Below are positions 13,005 through 26,617 of a stretch of DNA of 64,000 bases, piece after piece. A program made the translations under genes and the position numbers. Position 1 is the first letter of the stretch; each line of letters starts with the position of its first letter. This DNA comes from Octopus sinensis (taxonomy: Eukaryota), in contig NC_043001.1 of assembly GCF_006345805.1 (NCBI RefSeq), positions 56,358,001 to 56,422,000 of the forward strand, written 5' to 3'. The notes beneath the pieces were generated by a model. It was not told where the DNA came from. It made no database searches and saw nothing but the letters and a program-made list of their open reading frames with translations.

Positions 13005-14170
13005 GCAGAAAGTGAAATTAAAAGTGTTATGACGAACGTTATCCAAGAACTACCCGTGAAGGCACATGATATAAGAATGAAAGTTTAGGTGATGAGTATA
13101 TTACGAAAATAAAAGAAGCTTTAAAAAATAAATACAATAAAAAATCAGATGCCAGTAGTTTTTTCAATTTGCTATGGTACTCTGATGTATGCTCAAAGAG
13201 TGGTGGTTCCACCTACATGACAAAAAGGTGCATTGCAACATTTTCACAGCGGACATCCAGGAATGGCAAAGATGAGGGCTCTGATGAAGGGTTATGTCTA
13301 CTGGCCGTCCATGGACCGAGGTTGCGCGCTCGCGGATAAAGCTCCGCCGTTAAAACATCAATCGTGGCCAGAGACGGAGAACCCATGGTCTAGGTTACCC
13401 ATTGACTATGCCGGACCGGTAAACGGTACTTACTACCTAATCGTTGCAGATAGCTGTACTAAGTGACTGGAGGTTTGAAGGAGCTATAGACCAACCTCTA
13501 AGACAACTATAAAGTTCTTATACGAATTCTTTGCGCGATACGGTGTCGCTGACACGCTAGTTTCAAATAAATGCAGTTCTCTGGATATGAATTCAAGAAC
13601 TTCTGCAAAAGGCATGCGATAAAGCATATTTTCACTCTCCATCCTACCACCGAGGCCAAACAGGCAGGTAGAAAAATTTGTGGACACCTCTAAAAGAGCG
13701 TTATGGAAAGCGAAGATTGAATTAAGTAACGACGAAGCACTGACAAAATTCCTAAGAATATACAGAGTGACCCCCAATACAAGTACAAATTCAGGAAAGT
13801 CTGCAGCAGAAGTGATGTTTGCAAGAAGAATAAAATCCATTTTTGATAAGCTATTACCAGAGGAAAAAAGATGTAAATGAAATACAAAAGAGCCAATGAA
13901 AGACATCGAGATAGGATGATAAAGGGCATTTCAAAAACTATAGAAACGGTACAGAAAGCTGGGAAAATGGCCTTGCTATCAGAAAAATTGGAAGGACGAT
14001 GTTTCTAATTAAAGGATCACGCGGTGGACATAGGAGACATATAAACCAACTAAGGAAGAGGCATACCCAGGATCAGGAAGAAATTCCCATGGAAGTATTC
14101 TATGAAATATTCGATGTACCGATACCAAAAGATGAGAAACAGAAAGTAGACCGAACACCTTGAGATAATG
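13005..14170 (+). mobile_element. Ty3/gypsy LTR retrotransposon integrase region, pseudogenised
   Basis: RVVVP..HFHSGHPGMAKMRALMKGYVYWPSMD (integrase Zn-binding region), PWSRLPIDYAGPVNGTYYLIVADS, and LRIYRVTPN...GKSAAEVMFARRIKS. Stops and frameshifts are present. A purine run followed by TG near 14256-14271 may mark a PPT/3' LTR (unconfirmed). Confidence 0.85.
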
Positions 14171-14201
14171 CCCAAGCAAAAGATATACTAATAATATAAT
14201 A

Positions 14202-14232
<31 letters not shown>

Positions 14233-15849
14233 ATATATTATATATATATAAATCTCAAAAGAAGAGACGTGCAAGAGTACGACGCCCCCCGAGTGAAGTA
14301 GTTCGTGCTATTTCCACAGTCCGTGTGTTGATAGTTCAAAGTTGGTGTTCAAAGTTTACAGTTCGATTTAGCATATTGGATTGTTGGTTCTTAAAAGATT
14401 GTTGTTACATTCCGTGCGGTTACTGTCGTCTGTTTCGATTGTATTGTTATTACGTTCTTGCAATGTATTCGTTTATCGATAAGGAAATAACGTTATCAAA
14501 GAGGTCGGCGGGTATCACTTGGACGATGTTACAAGCAAGATGAACCGAAGCTATCCCCGAAAGATCAAGCAGAAGTGACGAATGTAACGACTTACCATCT
14601 GATCATTCTACCTTTTCCCATCTTCTGTTTGGTCAGATTCAAGCGTCTGGTTTACCGCTTCTTGTGAATAGGACGCGCCTCATGGTCAATAGCTCATGGA
14701 AGGAAGGCATATCGTGGTTGCTAACTAGTAGACATAAACTAAAGCTACTCCACTTTCAGATCTTTCTGGACGGCGAGTATGTGTAGTCTCGGTTTGGAGT
14801 GTCCGTGAACTGTTGCTCAGACACTGCATGATTTGTTTAACAGCTTTTGCTATCTACAGGACGAATCCGGATGTCGGCCGATTCCATCGTGAGGATCACC
14901 CCGCGACCTGACTTTAATATAGAGAAGCGGACAATGTTGTTCTGTCTAGTGGTTATGATGAAGAGGTAGTATCGTAGACGATACAATAAATATTAAAAAC
15001 ATATATGTACTTTTCTCTAAGGTAAAACCCACATCGATCTTTTTCAAGTTACGAAGGGAAAAGAAAGTGACGATGGAGAGGGAAATACTCCGTTGCAGGG
15101 AGTTTGTCTAATGGTGGGTGCTTGTAGTAAATACGGTAAGGGTGAATGAACCTACTCTAAGCCTGTAGATTGGAGAACACCAGATGTGTGAGGGTTTGTG
15201 CACTTCGTGATCGAAGCTATCCTGAATCGTTTGGGTTCCTTGATTGGCCCTAGATGGAAGTTCTGTACCAGAAGGACAGCATCATCTACGTGTTCACTTA
15301 TTTTATATACTATGTATACTTTTTATCTCATTTAGTCTCCTCATCTATTTAAATTGTTACCTGTCTTAATAGTATTAAGAGCATGTACTCACTACCAAAT
15401 TCTTTGCTCTCTTTCATGACAGAATGAAGCTTCTTATGTCTCTCATGGTTTTCGATGAGTTCTATCATCCAGTCTTTAGATGTTTCAAGATATTTCGCCA
15501 GTTCATTTATTAGTGTTAGTGGACAACTGGAAGGCATACTTAGATATTGTGGGATGAGATGATAGACAAATGAGGTGTAAAAGTTTCATAAATAGAGTCA
15601 GGTAATTCTACCAATCTGACCAGTGCCGAATGGGTTTCTCGACTGTGCCTATGTGGTTCTGGCCAAACCGCACTGCGCAACCAAATTATATCGAGTTGTA
15701 TTTGATAGATTCCCGAGAAGAGGTAGCGTAAATTGGTCATATTTTAAGCTGATCAGCTACACATCTCCGGTTTGTGACTTGTACGATGAACCTAAATAGG
15801 GATTCATAGATAAGTTATAAGTTAGTTGAAGTTGATTGCATTATGCAGT

Positions 15850-17000
15850 ATCCTACAGCGACTGGAAGGCATGCAATCGATAATACTCAATAACATGTTC
15901 ACTTTTTTTGCTGTAGAATCGACAAAGATTAGTAAAGATATAGCTAGATGTTCAAACGATTACAAGAGGCAATTACAAAAGGCACCATGTTCGGGGAACA
16001 AGTTAAAAAATAGAGTTTGCGTATTTCTTCAACACAAATCACAAAGTAGATGTCAGAGCTAAGACACGAAAACCAATTCATTGGGTCCTTCTTTGACAGA
16101 TCACAATGGACACATGCTGTCCAATTCTACGCAGATGCATGTGTTTTTCCAGCACTTTGCCCGACAGGTTAGGCCTGGATGCGTATCAAATACATTGAAT
16201 CTCAGTTCTATCTTGATGATCTTTTGCGGCTCTCAATAGAAGAGGTGGAGTGTTGCAAAAAGCCGAGACTAACTGCCAAGATAAAGTTCATGCCGGATGT
16301 TTGATCGAGTGACAAAGCACAGAGAGGGGATGGTCTGTACTCTGTGAACTTTAGGAATTAGTACCAGGCCTTTACGGTCTTGAAAAAGGGCATTTCCAAC
16401 TTTAACAGGGTCATGTTAGAGTTTTGCAAAAGAACTCGTAGAAAGACCAATATCTTATATCGTTGCTTGTTCAAGAAAAATGTGTCAGTATTTGCGCTCG
16501 AAGAAATCGTCAGTGTGTGTCAGGCACCAAGCAGACTGAGGTGGACAGACAGTACCAGCCATTATTCTGAATAAATTGGTGGGTTTGCAACTTGGTACCT
16601 AAACGAGCAAGGCTTCGCTAGCCAACGGGTTCTGTTAAGGTAACTGAGGCAGAGTTAGAAACTGAACGTAGTTACAAGTAGTGATGTAAGTCTCCCGAGA
16701 AATAGGTAATGCAGTAGATGTCTCTAAACTGTTTCTCCTCTATGTGCATGACTATCACATTTTGCCTAATGCTTCAGTTGACCAAATTGAGCAGTATGCT
16801 TTTCTGTGTTTTGTAAAAATGTCGGGTTCAAGATGTATATTTTCTAGAAGACAAAAGCTACGAAATTATAAGAATCTAAGCCAGTGGTTGCCAAACGTTC
16901 TTCAACTGCCGCCCCTTGACACCCAGATCACATTCCTAGCGCTATTTCACTCACCACTAAAAACGTAGACAACTTTCTGAAGCACATTCAAAACAACTGT
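15850..17000 (+). mobile_element. Heavily decayed LINE RT relic (CR1/L2-like?)
   Basis: Only short motif echoes: SLGPSL..NGHMLSNS and AVQFYADA near 16080-16140. Confidence 0.3.
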
Positions 17001-18110
17001 ATTTCTCAAATAAAACCTGACCTAATTAACCCATTAGTTTATTACTTTTACATCCATCGCTCCCATTTGACCACCCTCATTAAACGCTCTACTTTTCTCC
17101 ACCGCCAACTCTTCCTCTGGATCATTTCTCCTCTGCCACAGGGATAGTTCCGCTCACTTTGGGAACCATTGATCTAAGTCATGGATGAAGATGCTCTCAC
17201 ATCTGGGACCGAACCATCTGCAGAAATTTCTAGTCTGCTGCGTGCGGCTGTGGTCTTTGGAAAGCTCTCCTACAACTTTTCTATCTTTTCCACCGGTCTT
17301 TCTCTCTCTCTCACTCACTCTCTCTGACGGAACTACAGTCTTGGGTCACGCGTAGGCCGATCTGGCATTTGGCATGTTGTCTGGCGCTCACAGCCATCGC
17401 ACTCTATCAATATATTTAGCTGTGCACATATCTTAGGAATAATTATCATTATTATACTTACCTGAGGCATCTCTACTATCATCTAATTTGAATTAGTTGC
17501 ATTGATACCGGCATAAAACAATCTAATGGGAATTATAATTAATTTAAACATTTTAGTGTTTCAAGAAATAAGAACTAAAGAAAAGAAAGAGAAAAGGAAG
17601 AAATGGATAAGTGAAAGAAAGGAAACTTAAATGTTCGGAAATAGTATGTGCCTAAAGTATGAAATTATAGTGAAACTACAGAATTGCAATTAATCTTAAA
17701 CAACAAAGAATCAGGTTAAGGAATTAATTGGAGCTTACTCAATATATCAGTTTCTTGTTTGTTATACAAGCCCATATTTATGTATAGAGCAAGACTATAT
17801 GCAATGTTATAAAGAAGCACATTCCAATATACGACCAATATGTATATATGTATACACACACACACATATACATTTACATATACATATACATACATATTTA
17901 TATATATATATAAGTAGGTGAATGAATTATCCTATGTTTATCGTCAGCATGGAAAATTCGTTTAACCGAAACCTGGGTAGCAAATTCACGTCAAAAAACA
18001 CGGTTGAAGCGACCTGTCAAGGGTAGAAACTCCGGGTTCATGTGTAGAAATTTGTGTGTTGTATATGAATAAATGAAAGAATGGAGTCGAACGGAGATGT
18101 TAACAAAATT

Positions 18111-18203
18111 CCTTTACTCTCGACACATGTTTCGAAGACAGCATGTTTTCATTCCAAAGGAATAAAGGGTGCATTATACAATCTTCTCATCAGGAAAGAA
18201 AGG
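18111..18203 (-). ncRNA. Type I hammerhead ribozyme in the 3' pseudo-LTR
   Basis: Reverse complement of the 20444-20534 motif. CTGATGA at 18193-18187, predicted cleavage 3' of 18122 (GUC). Confidence 0.8.
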
Positions 18204-18661
18204 GAGCCTCTCTCGACAACAAGACAAACAAAAATTTCGATGATTGCCTACATGGTAAACAAAGCGATAATGAGTGTTTTTAAAAAAAATCCGTTAGAAG
18301 AATTGACGTCAAAAATTGATAGTAGGAAGAGAAGGGATAAAGTAATAATAGGTATGTTTGCTGTATGTATGGAAATGTGTGGGTGTGTGCTTGTGTTAAT
18401 AAGTGCGTGTGTTTGTGTGTGTGTATGTGTGTGTGTATAACTGCATTTGTGTCTGTGTGTGTGATTGTGTGTGTGTGAGAGAGAGACAGACGTCAAAGAT
18501 AGATAGTAGGAAGAGAAGGTATAAAGGCATAATAGGTAGGGAACAAGTGGAGAGGGAAGGGTACGTTGATTGAAAGAATGTTCCAAGGCTTAGGAAAGAA
18601 TTTCTCTATAGCAGTGGGGTGGACGTGAAGCTGATTGTTCAAACCACAGTGACTATCGTTA

Positions 18662-20176
18662 TCATTTATATGAGTAGAAAGTGTGCTTCTTCCAGTGTTT
18701 ACATTTGTACGATTTTTCTATGAGTGTGTTTACTAGGGGAACCTTAGCGAAAAGAATATGGAAGAGTTCAGAGTTACAAATGTTACAAAATCTCCTGCCC
18801 TTATCAAAAGGAAAGGATACAGACAATATGAACCAATCTAACTTGAAAATTATATTGTTGTCTTTAAGACGCCAAACTAATTTACTTAGCCCTGTACTAT
18901 GTCGTTTTTCCCTATCCCTGAATGTTGAATAGTGGTTTGAAATTCTCTTGGATAACTGGGAAGTGGACGCTCCTATATAGAAGAAGACATCGGTACCGGA
19001 AGAAATTCTACACTGGTAAATAAAATTCTTAATTCTGTTGGGGTTGTCCTCCGAGATCGAGACGAAGTTTTTATTGTTATGATTGTTGTTACTATTATTA
19101 TTAGCGCTAACAACTACGCTATTTCTATTATTATTAGTATTATTAATGGTATTACAACCAGCAATACCACCGACAATAATACCGTTATTGTTGTTACCAT
19201 CAACACTACCACTGTTATTAACACGACTAATACTATTATTAATATTATCATTGTTAACACTTTCGCTGCTACTAATGCTGCTACTATTAATACTTTTCCT
19301 ATTATTATGATTGTATGATGGGTTGGAATTAGCAAGATTAGTGTTGGAACTCCCGGGTGAAGAATCTTTGTTTAGCAGCTTGGTATTGTGGGAAGATATA
19401 ATTTGTGAAAGATTCCTAGTGTTAGAGAAAGCTATTCTGACCTTGTGGGAATTGATAATAGAATGATATCTAGAATTTCTGGGAAAGTTCCTAGCAACGG
19501 CTTCACGGAACTGTAAGGGAAGGTTCGATTTAATATGTTTTCCGAAAGGTATTACAAACCAGATACAGATTTTTGTGGCCTTTGAATTGCTCTTAGTATT
19601 GTTTGTGATAGTAAGGGGAAAATTTCTGGGTTGGAAATTTGGGGTTGCATGGCGCTTAGCTCCCCTAGTCCGTAAAGAATTTATTTTATGTACAGGGTTG
19701 CTGGCATTATTAGAATTGAAATCATTATTCCTATTACGAGTAACTTTACTATCTGGAGAAGCAGATGTTGGTTTAGAATGAGCTGGGTCGATGTATGACA
19801 CTTTCTTCTTATAACCGGCTCTTGACAAGGCGGCGTTATAGAAGTCTGCCTTTTGGTTAAAGATGTTGACATTAGCAGATAATTTGGACAGTCTCAGAGA
19901 TATGTTTTTAACTAAATTATCGGTAATTGGCTTGGCATGATTACTGAAAATGCTGATATACTTAAGATTAGTGGAAGGTTTATGATAAGGGAAGTATTAG
20001 TTATTCTGCAGATTGAGGGTAATGTCCAAGAAGTTGGCTTTAGTTAATTCATCGTCAAAAACTATGCGTAAGCCCATTCTACTAAAAAACCTAACTAATC
20101 TGTTCTTAACCTTCTGTATTTTTTGGTTCGAAACGTTTTGTAGGTAAAGCAGACAATCGTCGCGATAAAGACCTCC
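18662..20176 (-). pseudogene. PLE RT (from the YRDD motif) + thumb + GIY-YIG endonuclease, one premature stop
   Basis: ORFs 19997..20344 and 18662..19828 are in the same frame. My translation across the gap shows only the TAA at 19997-19999. GIY-YIG: NFIYQC...FYIGAST..LSKRISNHYSTF...TGLSKLVW...W.IL...CNICNSE...CKH. Confidence 0.9.
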
Positions 20177-20443
20177 ACACACAATCACACACACAGACAC
20201 AAATGCAGTTATACACACACATACACACACACAAACACACGCACTCATTAACACAAGCACACACCCACACATTTCCATACATACAGCAAACATACTTATT
20301 ATTACTTTATCCCTTCTCTTCCTACTATCTATTTTTGACGTCAATTCTTCTAACGGATTTTTTTAAAAAACACTCATTATCGCTTTGTTTACCATGTAGG
20401 CAATCATTGAAATTTTTGTTTGTCTTGTTGTCGAGAGAGGCTC

Positions 20444-20534
20444 CCTTCTTTCCTGATGAGAAGATTGTATAATGCACCCTTTATTCCTTGGAATGAAAAC
20501 ATGCTGTCTTCGAAACATGTGTCGAGAGTAAAGG
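20444..20534 (+). ncRNA. Type I hammerhead ribozyme in the inverted pseudo-LTR
   Basis: ccuu-cuuuc (20444-52) CUGAUGA (20453-59) GAAGA..42 nt..UCUUC (20507-11) GAAA-C-AUGU-GUC (20512-23) gagag-ua-aagg. Stems I and II pair and the core is canonical. Confidence 0.85.
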
Positions 20535-20570
20535 AATTTTGTTAACATCTTCGTTCGACTCCATTCTTTC

Positions 20571-20627
<57 letters not shown>

Positions 20628-20630
<3 letters not shown>

Positions 20631-21474
20631 GGTGGGTGAACAGTAAGTAGGCATTAAAAATTGGTAATAAAATCCATATTTCTTTTACCAATCTATTGAA
20701 ACAAATGATACATGTTCATTATTTCAACGTAAGCACCGGTGGCGTCAACCACTATCCTCAAACGGCCAGAGACGGAATAAACAACTTTGTGAAGGACGTC
20801 GTCTGGGATATCATTGAGAACCTCCTGAATCCCTGTCTCCAAGTCCTCCAGTATGCGAGGTTTTGTCTTGTACACCTCTTCTTTTCTGTAACCCCACAAG
20901 TCAAAATCACATCAAATGAGATCTGAACTTCTTGGAGTTCTGGACTTCTGCGGTCACAGTCTTCAGGTTTTAGTTCCTGCACATAATGGGGTTTCCACGG
21001 ACGAAAATTCAATTCTTTATGCAACACCGTACGTATTGTGTGTCATGTTAGTCTACTTTCACGAACTGCTTGACGTGTTGATTTTTGCGGGCTGCGATTA
21101 AACAGTTCTTGCACTGTTGTCACGTTTTCCGCTGATCAGGGTGTAGTTGGATGGCCACTTCTTGCATCGTTCACATAGCCCGTGGTCATCAGCTTTGCAT
21201 GACAACTTTTTATTGTCTCTGGACGTAGTGTTGCATGCTTACATTTCCATGCACGCCACCATCTCTGAATCAAAACAATGGAATTTCACACTTCGTAGTG
21301 TGCTGTTATCTTAGCTCGTTCCTGAACAGTCAAGCGGCCGACCATCTGGAAAATAAGAAATAAGAAACAAAGCAATAAAAAAAAAGTGATGTCTGTTTTA
21401 AAAAAAATTTCATTATGACTTCAGTGATACTAAAATTTCTTTAAGCAATTTCTTGTTACTTTCCACCCACCATA
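20628..21474 (-). mobile_element. Internally deleted Tc1/mariner-superfamily DNA transposon
   Basis: TA-flanked imperfect TIRs (CAGGGTGGGTG.. / ..CACCCACCATA). Minus strand reads MVGRLTVQER...RSGHP...LHKELNFRPWKPHYVQELKPED joined directly to SPELQ...LWGYRKEEVYKTKP, so most of the catalytic domain is missing. Confidence 0.8.
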
Positions 21475-21489
21475 TATAATATATATATA

Positions 21490-21753
21490 TCACGTGATCA
21501 CGTCACCGACCAGGCCATCAGATGTTGCTACACATCGCTGGTCACAATGTGTTTCGCATTGTTTTAGCATTCAAATGACGCCACCCCGCTGGCTAAGTGA
21601 GGAGGCCAACTGAAGAAAGAGTGAGAGAAAGTTGTGGCGAAAGAGTACTGCAGGGATCGTCACCCCACCCCGTCGGAGCCTCGTGGAGCTTTAGGTGTTT
21701 TCGCTCAATAAACACTCACAACACCCGGTCTGAGTATCGAAACCGCGATCCTA
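21490..21753 (-). mobile_element. tRNA-derived SINE (window family C), 5'-truncated
   Basis: Reverse-complement homolog of 52872-53179. Confidence 0.8.
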
Positions 21754-21879
21754 CATATTCATTACAATATAAACATATGAATATATACGGTGATACATTC
21801 ACAAAAACACACGTATAGGATGGTAAATATCGAGATGGTTTGACAGATAGATAGATATATATTAATTCAGAGGCAAATA

Positions 21880-22047
21880 TATTTCTTTGTTACCCACAAG
21901 GGGCTAAACATAGAGGGGACAAACAAGGACAGACAAAGGGATTAAGTCGATTACATCGACCGCAGTGCGTAACTGGTACTTAATTTATCGACCCCGTATG
22001 GATGAAAGGCAAAGTCGACCTCGGCGGAATTTGAAATCACAACGTAG
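21880..22047 (-). mobile_element. SINE family B, partial
   Basis: Reverse-complement match to 56147-56358. Confidence 0.8.
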
Positions 22048-22111
22048 GCAAATAGACAATAGACTTGCTAATAGAAAGATAGCTAGCTTGGTAGATGTCT
22101 GTGTAGAGAAG

Positions 22112-22191
<80 letters not shown>

Positions 22192-22269
22192 GAAAGCCAG
22201 ATAGCAGCAGAGAGGGCTGGGGGGAGGTAGTGGGGCATCAGAGAGTGAGAAGACAACTATATATGTATA

Positions 22270-22488
22270 TTCTTTTATTCATTTCTTTTACTTGTTTCAG
22301 TTATTTGACTGCGGCCATGTTGGAGCACCACCTTTTAGTCGAGAAAATCGACTCCAGGACTTATTCTTTGTAAGCCTAGTACTTATTCTATCGGTTCTTT
22401 TGCCGAACCGCTAGGTTAAGGGACGCAAACACACCAGCATCTGTTGTCAAGCGATGTTGAGGAGACACACACAGACACACAAACATAT

Positions 22489-22519
<31 letters not shown>

Positions 22520-22683
22520 CATATATCTATACATATATATGACGGGCTTCTTTCAGTTTCCGTCTACCAAATCCATTCAAAAGGTTTTGGTCGGCCCGAG
22601 GCTATAGTAGAAGACACTTGCCCACGGTGCTACGCAGTGGGACTGAACCTAGAACCATGTGGTTGGTAAGCAAGCTACTTACG

Positions 22684-22690
<7 letters not shown>
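22270..22690 (-). mobile_element. SINE family A
   Basis: Reverse-complement match to 4549-5019. Confidence 0.85.
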
Positions 22691-22715
<25 letters not shown>

Positions 22716-22788
22716 GTATGTATATGTATATGTATATGCATATGTATATGTATGCATATATACGTGTATATGTATACGTATATGTATG

Positions 22789-22884
<96 letters not shown>

Positions 22885-24599
22885 TATATACAGAGGAAGA
22901 GAAAAGTGAAAGAAGTGGAGGACGAACTATGTATACTGATTGTAGAAATTATCTTCTCTACATTAATTGAGAAATGTTTTTTTACATTGAAACATTGATT
23001 ATAATTTAGCAGTTTAGATGTTTGAAACTCTGACTAATAATTCTAACTTTGCAAATTTATAACTAAGCAAAACGATCTATAAATATTATATCATTTGAAA
23101 TCAAACAGATATTGGACTTTTTCTTCCTCCAAATAATGGAAATCGGGTTTTTCTATATGTTTGTTTATTTAATTAATTAATTTTTTATTCCAAGTGATGA
23201 ATCAATATGTAGTTTTAAAAATTGATTTTGTTTTCAGTAGGCAACTAGGCACAAGATCAATAATTGTTGTGTGATGTGTTAATATTGTTGTCAGCTCGAT
23301 TGATCACCCCATTGACAATATTATTGGTAATTATTTTTATCGATACCTCTTGAGGATCAATGAAAGAAGTGAGTAACAACGTGCAGAATGTAAATTGAGA
23401 AATGTTTCATATGAAGCTAGATACAATGAAATTTTTTTCAAGTCGTTGTTGTTTACGCCCAGGTCAAGAGTGAGCTAAAAGCCTGGTATATTTGCAGCTA
23501 TGGATATTTGGAATTTGCTTAGTCGTGTGGCAGACAACCTGGACTTTTCTTCCTCCATCTCGACAACAAAAGAACACCACTACTAGTATTTACGAAACTA
23601 CTTCAGAGATTGACGACCTTGCCTGACAGGAATCTCACACTCATCTGACTCCTGCTCATTTGTACACAAGCCCCACCAAATGTAAGTAAATAAGCTTGCT
23701 GCTTTATGAGACAAAGCTAAGAATTAAATCTTCAGACTAACGCTCCTAAGGCCGACTGGTATTCGATTTGGAATTCTGGCCCCTTTGGCAGCCAGCTTAT
23801 TGAAAATCTTACTATTCTGTATCAGTTAAGGCTGCATCAGTAAAGTCAAGAAGTGTTTTTCTGACTTCAGAATTTTTATGTACCCACAGCTAATACTCAC
23901 GCGAAATCATATCAGTTCTATAGTGAAAGTGGAAGCAATTGCTCGAGAGCACGTGTTTTGCTGGAGCTCAAATCCTAACTGACAAGTGGTGCATGCTCAA
24001 TAGTCTTTCGAGACATACAGGTGTAAAATGTCCTATCACCATCAGAATGTGCTTGATAGATCTTCGGGAAGTTGCGACGAAACTTCCATCAAGTTACACC
24101 CCACCGTTCTAAAAAGGGACAATGGAGCTGGAGGTATACCAAAATCATGGAATGACCACACTTAGTATGTCTTTGGTCATAAGTTTACTCTTCATGGCCC
24201 TTATAGAAGAGACGAGAGAGGACGCCTCTACATTCGAGTGCGGGATATAAAAAGATGCCGCAAGGTCACCGTTCACTCTAACCATTGAGCAATGCCAGTG
24301 AGTATAGTTGTGACCTCTGAAAACGGTTTAAAATGTCAGCCTACTGGCAATGATTAAGACAATCAAAAGCTTACTTCTAATCCAGACTGATCAGTGTCTA
24401 CCAAAGCCAAGTCTGGTTTTCACTTACTCGTTGATATATCGTAGATGGATCTTTTGGGGCTTGCACAATTTTGCGTTTCCTTAACCAAACCATCGACGAC
24501 AAGTACCATTATCTTTTTCAATACCTTCACTCTACATTCAATTGAATTATGAGTTAGAAATTATCTTTGTTGGTATTTTTTGCCTGGAAGGTTAACATG

Positions 24600-25080
24600 C
24601 TCTGGTTCACAGAACTGGAAATTCTCGTAGTCTGCTGTTAGTTGTTGAGAACGCCTGCCAAGATGTTACTTTACAACCCATAGAGCAGACTATCCAAACC
24701 TTGCGCTTTGTTCCTTTCCCCAAATCTTGCTACCTTTCGTATATCATTAATATTATTACCCTTCTGCAGTAGCTCGTGTCTTCGGCCAAGAGCTGCGTCA
24801 GGCCGTCGAGGTAGACATTAAAGGTGCATAATAATCTCTGCACTATCACTTCCTCCGAACATTTGAGCAAAATGCTGCTGGAACGGTACATACTTCAACA
24901 TGGAACCGATTAGCAAACACCACTCTCGGTAAGTTGAAGATTTGATTGTGGCTTTGTCGCCACGTTACGCCTCCCATATCCAAACCCATTGTCCTCTTTC
25001 GTTCCTTCAGAAAATGCGGGTATCGTGCTCCGCGTTGAAGAAATGGCCGAGAGCTATTCTCGCCGCTGGCATGTCGGTGA
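24600..25080 (+). mobile_element. Possible decayed LINE RT relic
   Basis: The frame ARVFGQELRQAVEVDIKGA** echoes the RT ALDIxGAFD motif. Little else is recognisable. Confidence 0.25.
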
Positions 25081-25305
25081 TTAGTAAACCAATCGCTACT
25101 TCTAGCTAACTCCTGCTCTTAATCTATTTCTCGACGGCAGCAGCTTTTTAATAAACGCTATAATATTAACAACAACAACAACAACAACACTGATAATGAT
25201 AATGAAATGGCTATGCCTAAGAATAGGCAGTAATACTACTCACATCACAACCGATAATATCACGATAACCACCTCCGCTACCACCGTCACCGCCACCACC
25301 ACTAG

Positions 25306-25344
<39 letters not shown>

Positions 25345-25714
25345 CATTTCCACCATCATAAACAACAACAACAACAACAACAACATCAGCAACTGCAGCC
25401 TCAGCAACATCAACACTAACAACAATGTCAACATCGGCAACTAGAAGAAGAAATAGATCTTTCTTTTAAATTCTCAGCAGAATGCAAATTAAGTTATAAA
25501 CGTTTTGGCACCAATTTCTCTTTGCGAATTCCTTCAGGCTAAACTCTATTTTGTGAGTATTGTTCACCTCAAAGACCTACTAAGCTGGATATCTCCATTG
25601 CCACTTGAATTTCAATCGAATATTTTCCAGGCGACGTTCTTTGGCTGTTTTTTTTTTTTTTGAACAGATAACTTTCAGAATGAATTCTTTCTTAGTGATA
25701 TCTCAAAGCGATAT

Positions 25715-26574
25715 GTATGAAAAACAATGAAGATGAGAGAGAGAGAGAGAGAGGGGGGAGTGAGAGAAAATGAAATAATCAGAGAGAGTGTATGAGAGAA
25801 AAAGTGAAAGAACGAGAGACGTGAGAGAGAGAAAGAGAAACGGAGAGAGAATGTGAGAGAAGGAATAAGAGAGAGAGTGTGAATGAGAGAGTGAGTGAGA
25901 AACAGAAAGGGAGAGAAGAAAGAAAGAGATAGGCACATGAGAGAGTGTGAGAGAGAAAGAGAGAGAAAGAATGAGAGGGAGTGAGAGAGAGAAAGAGAGA
26001 GAGAGAATCGAGAGAGAGAGAGCAGGAGAGAGGGAGAGACAGACATGGAGAGAAAGAGAATATGAAAGAGTATATAGGAAGAAAAATAGGGCGATGAAGA
26101 GAGAAGCAATAAAAATAAAAGTGCAAGAGAAAGAGAGGGAGAGAGATTTAGAGGGAGAGAATGGTGAGATAGGGAGGGAGAGAGAGAAGGGGAGAGTAAA
26201 AAAATAAACCAAAGAAAGATAAATAGAAAGAGAGAAAAAAGTGGGACAGTGAGAAAGCATTCAAGGATGAAGTAGAGATGTAAGAAAATGTGTGTAAGAG
26301 GGGAAGAGAAAGAGATTGGTGAAAGAAAGGTGAGAAAATATAGAAAGATAACGAATATAATAAGGAGGAAAGGGAGGTAATCGGAAAAGAAGGAGAATGG
26401 AGTGACAGAGTGACAGATGGGTAATAGGAGTGTACATATAAGTAGACAGAGAGGGGGAGAGAACGGGAGAGAGAGTGTAATGAAAAGTGTGTGGAAGAGA
26501 AAGAGAGTGGGAAAAAATAAACAGTGAATGTAACCGGAAGAAAGAATGAGAAGGAAACGAAAAAGTGCGCGCGC

Positions 26575-26617
<43 letters not shown>

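Larger units (their letters stand above)
18069..20576 (-). mobile_element. Penelope-like element, 5'-truncated, with inverted pseudo-LTRs (18069-18473 and 20176-20576)
   Basis: ~400-bp arms are reverse complements with about 8-9 differences by eye. They enclose an RT C-terminus (GLYRDD..NFLDITL..PYHKP) and a GIY-YIG endonuclease. Each arm carries an HHR. Confidence 0.92.

Noticed and set aside
17940-17985. GG..CC-GAAA-C-CTGG-GTA just outside the PLE end
   Set aside because: No CUGANGA core upstream on the same strand.
25196-25444. Thr/Asn-rich 82-aa ORF
   Set aside because: Compound (ACT)/(AAC) microsatellite.
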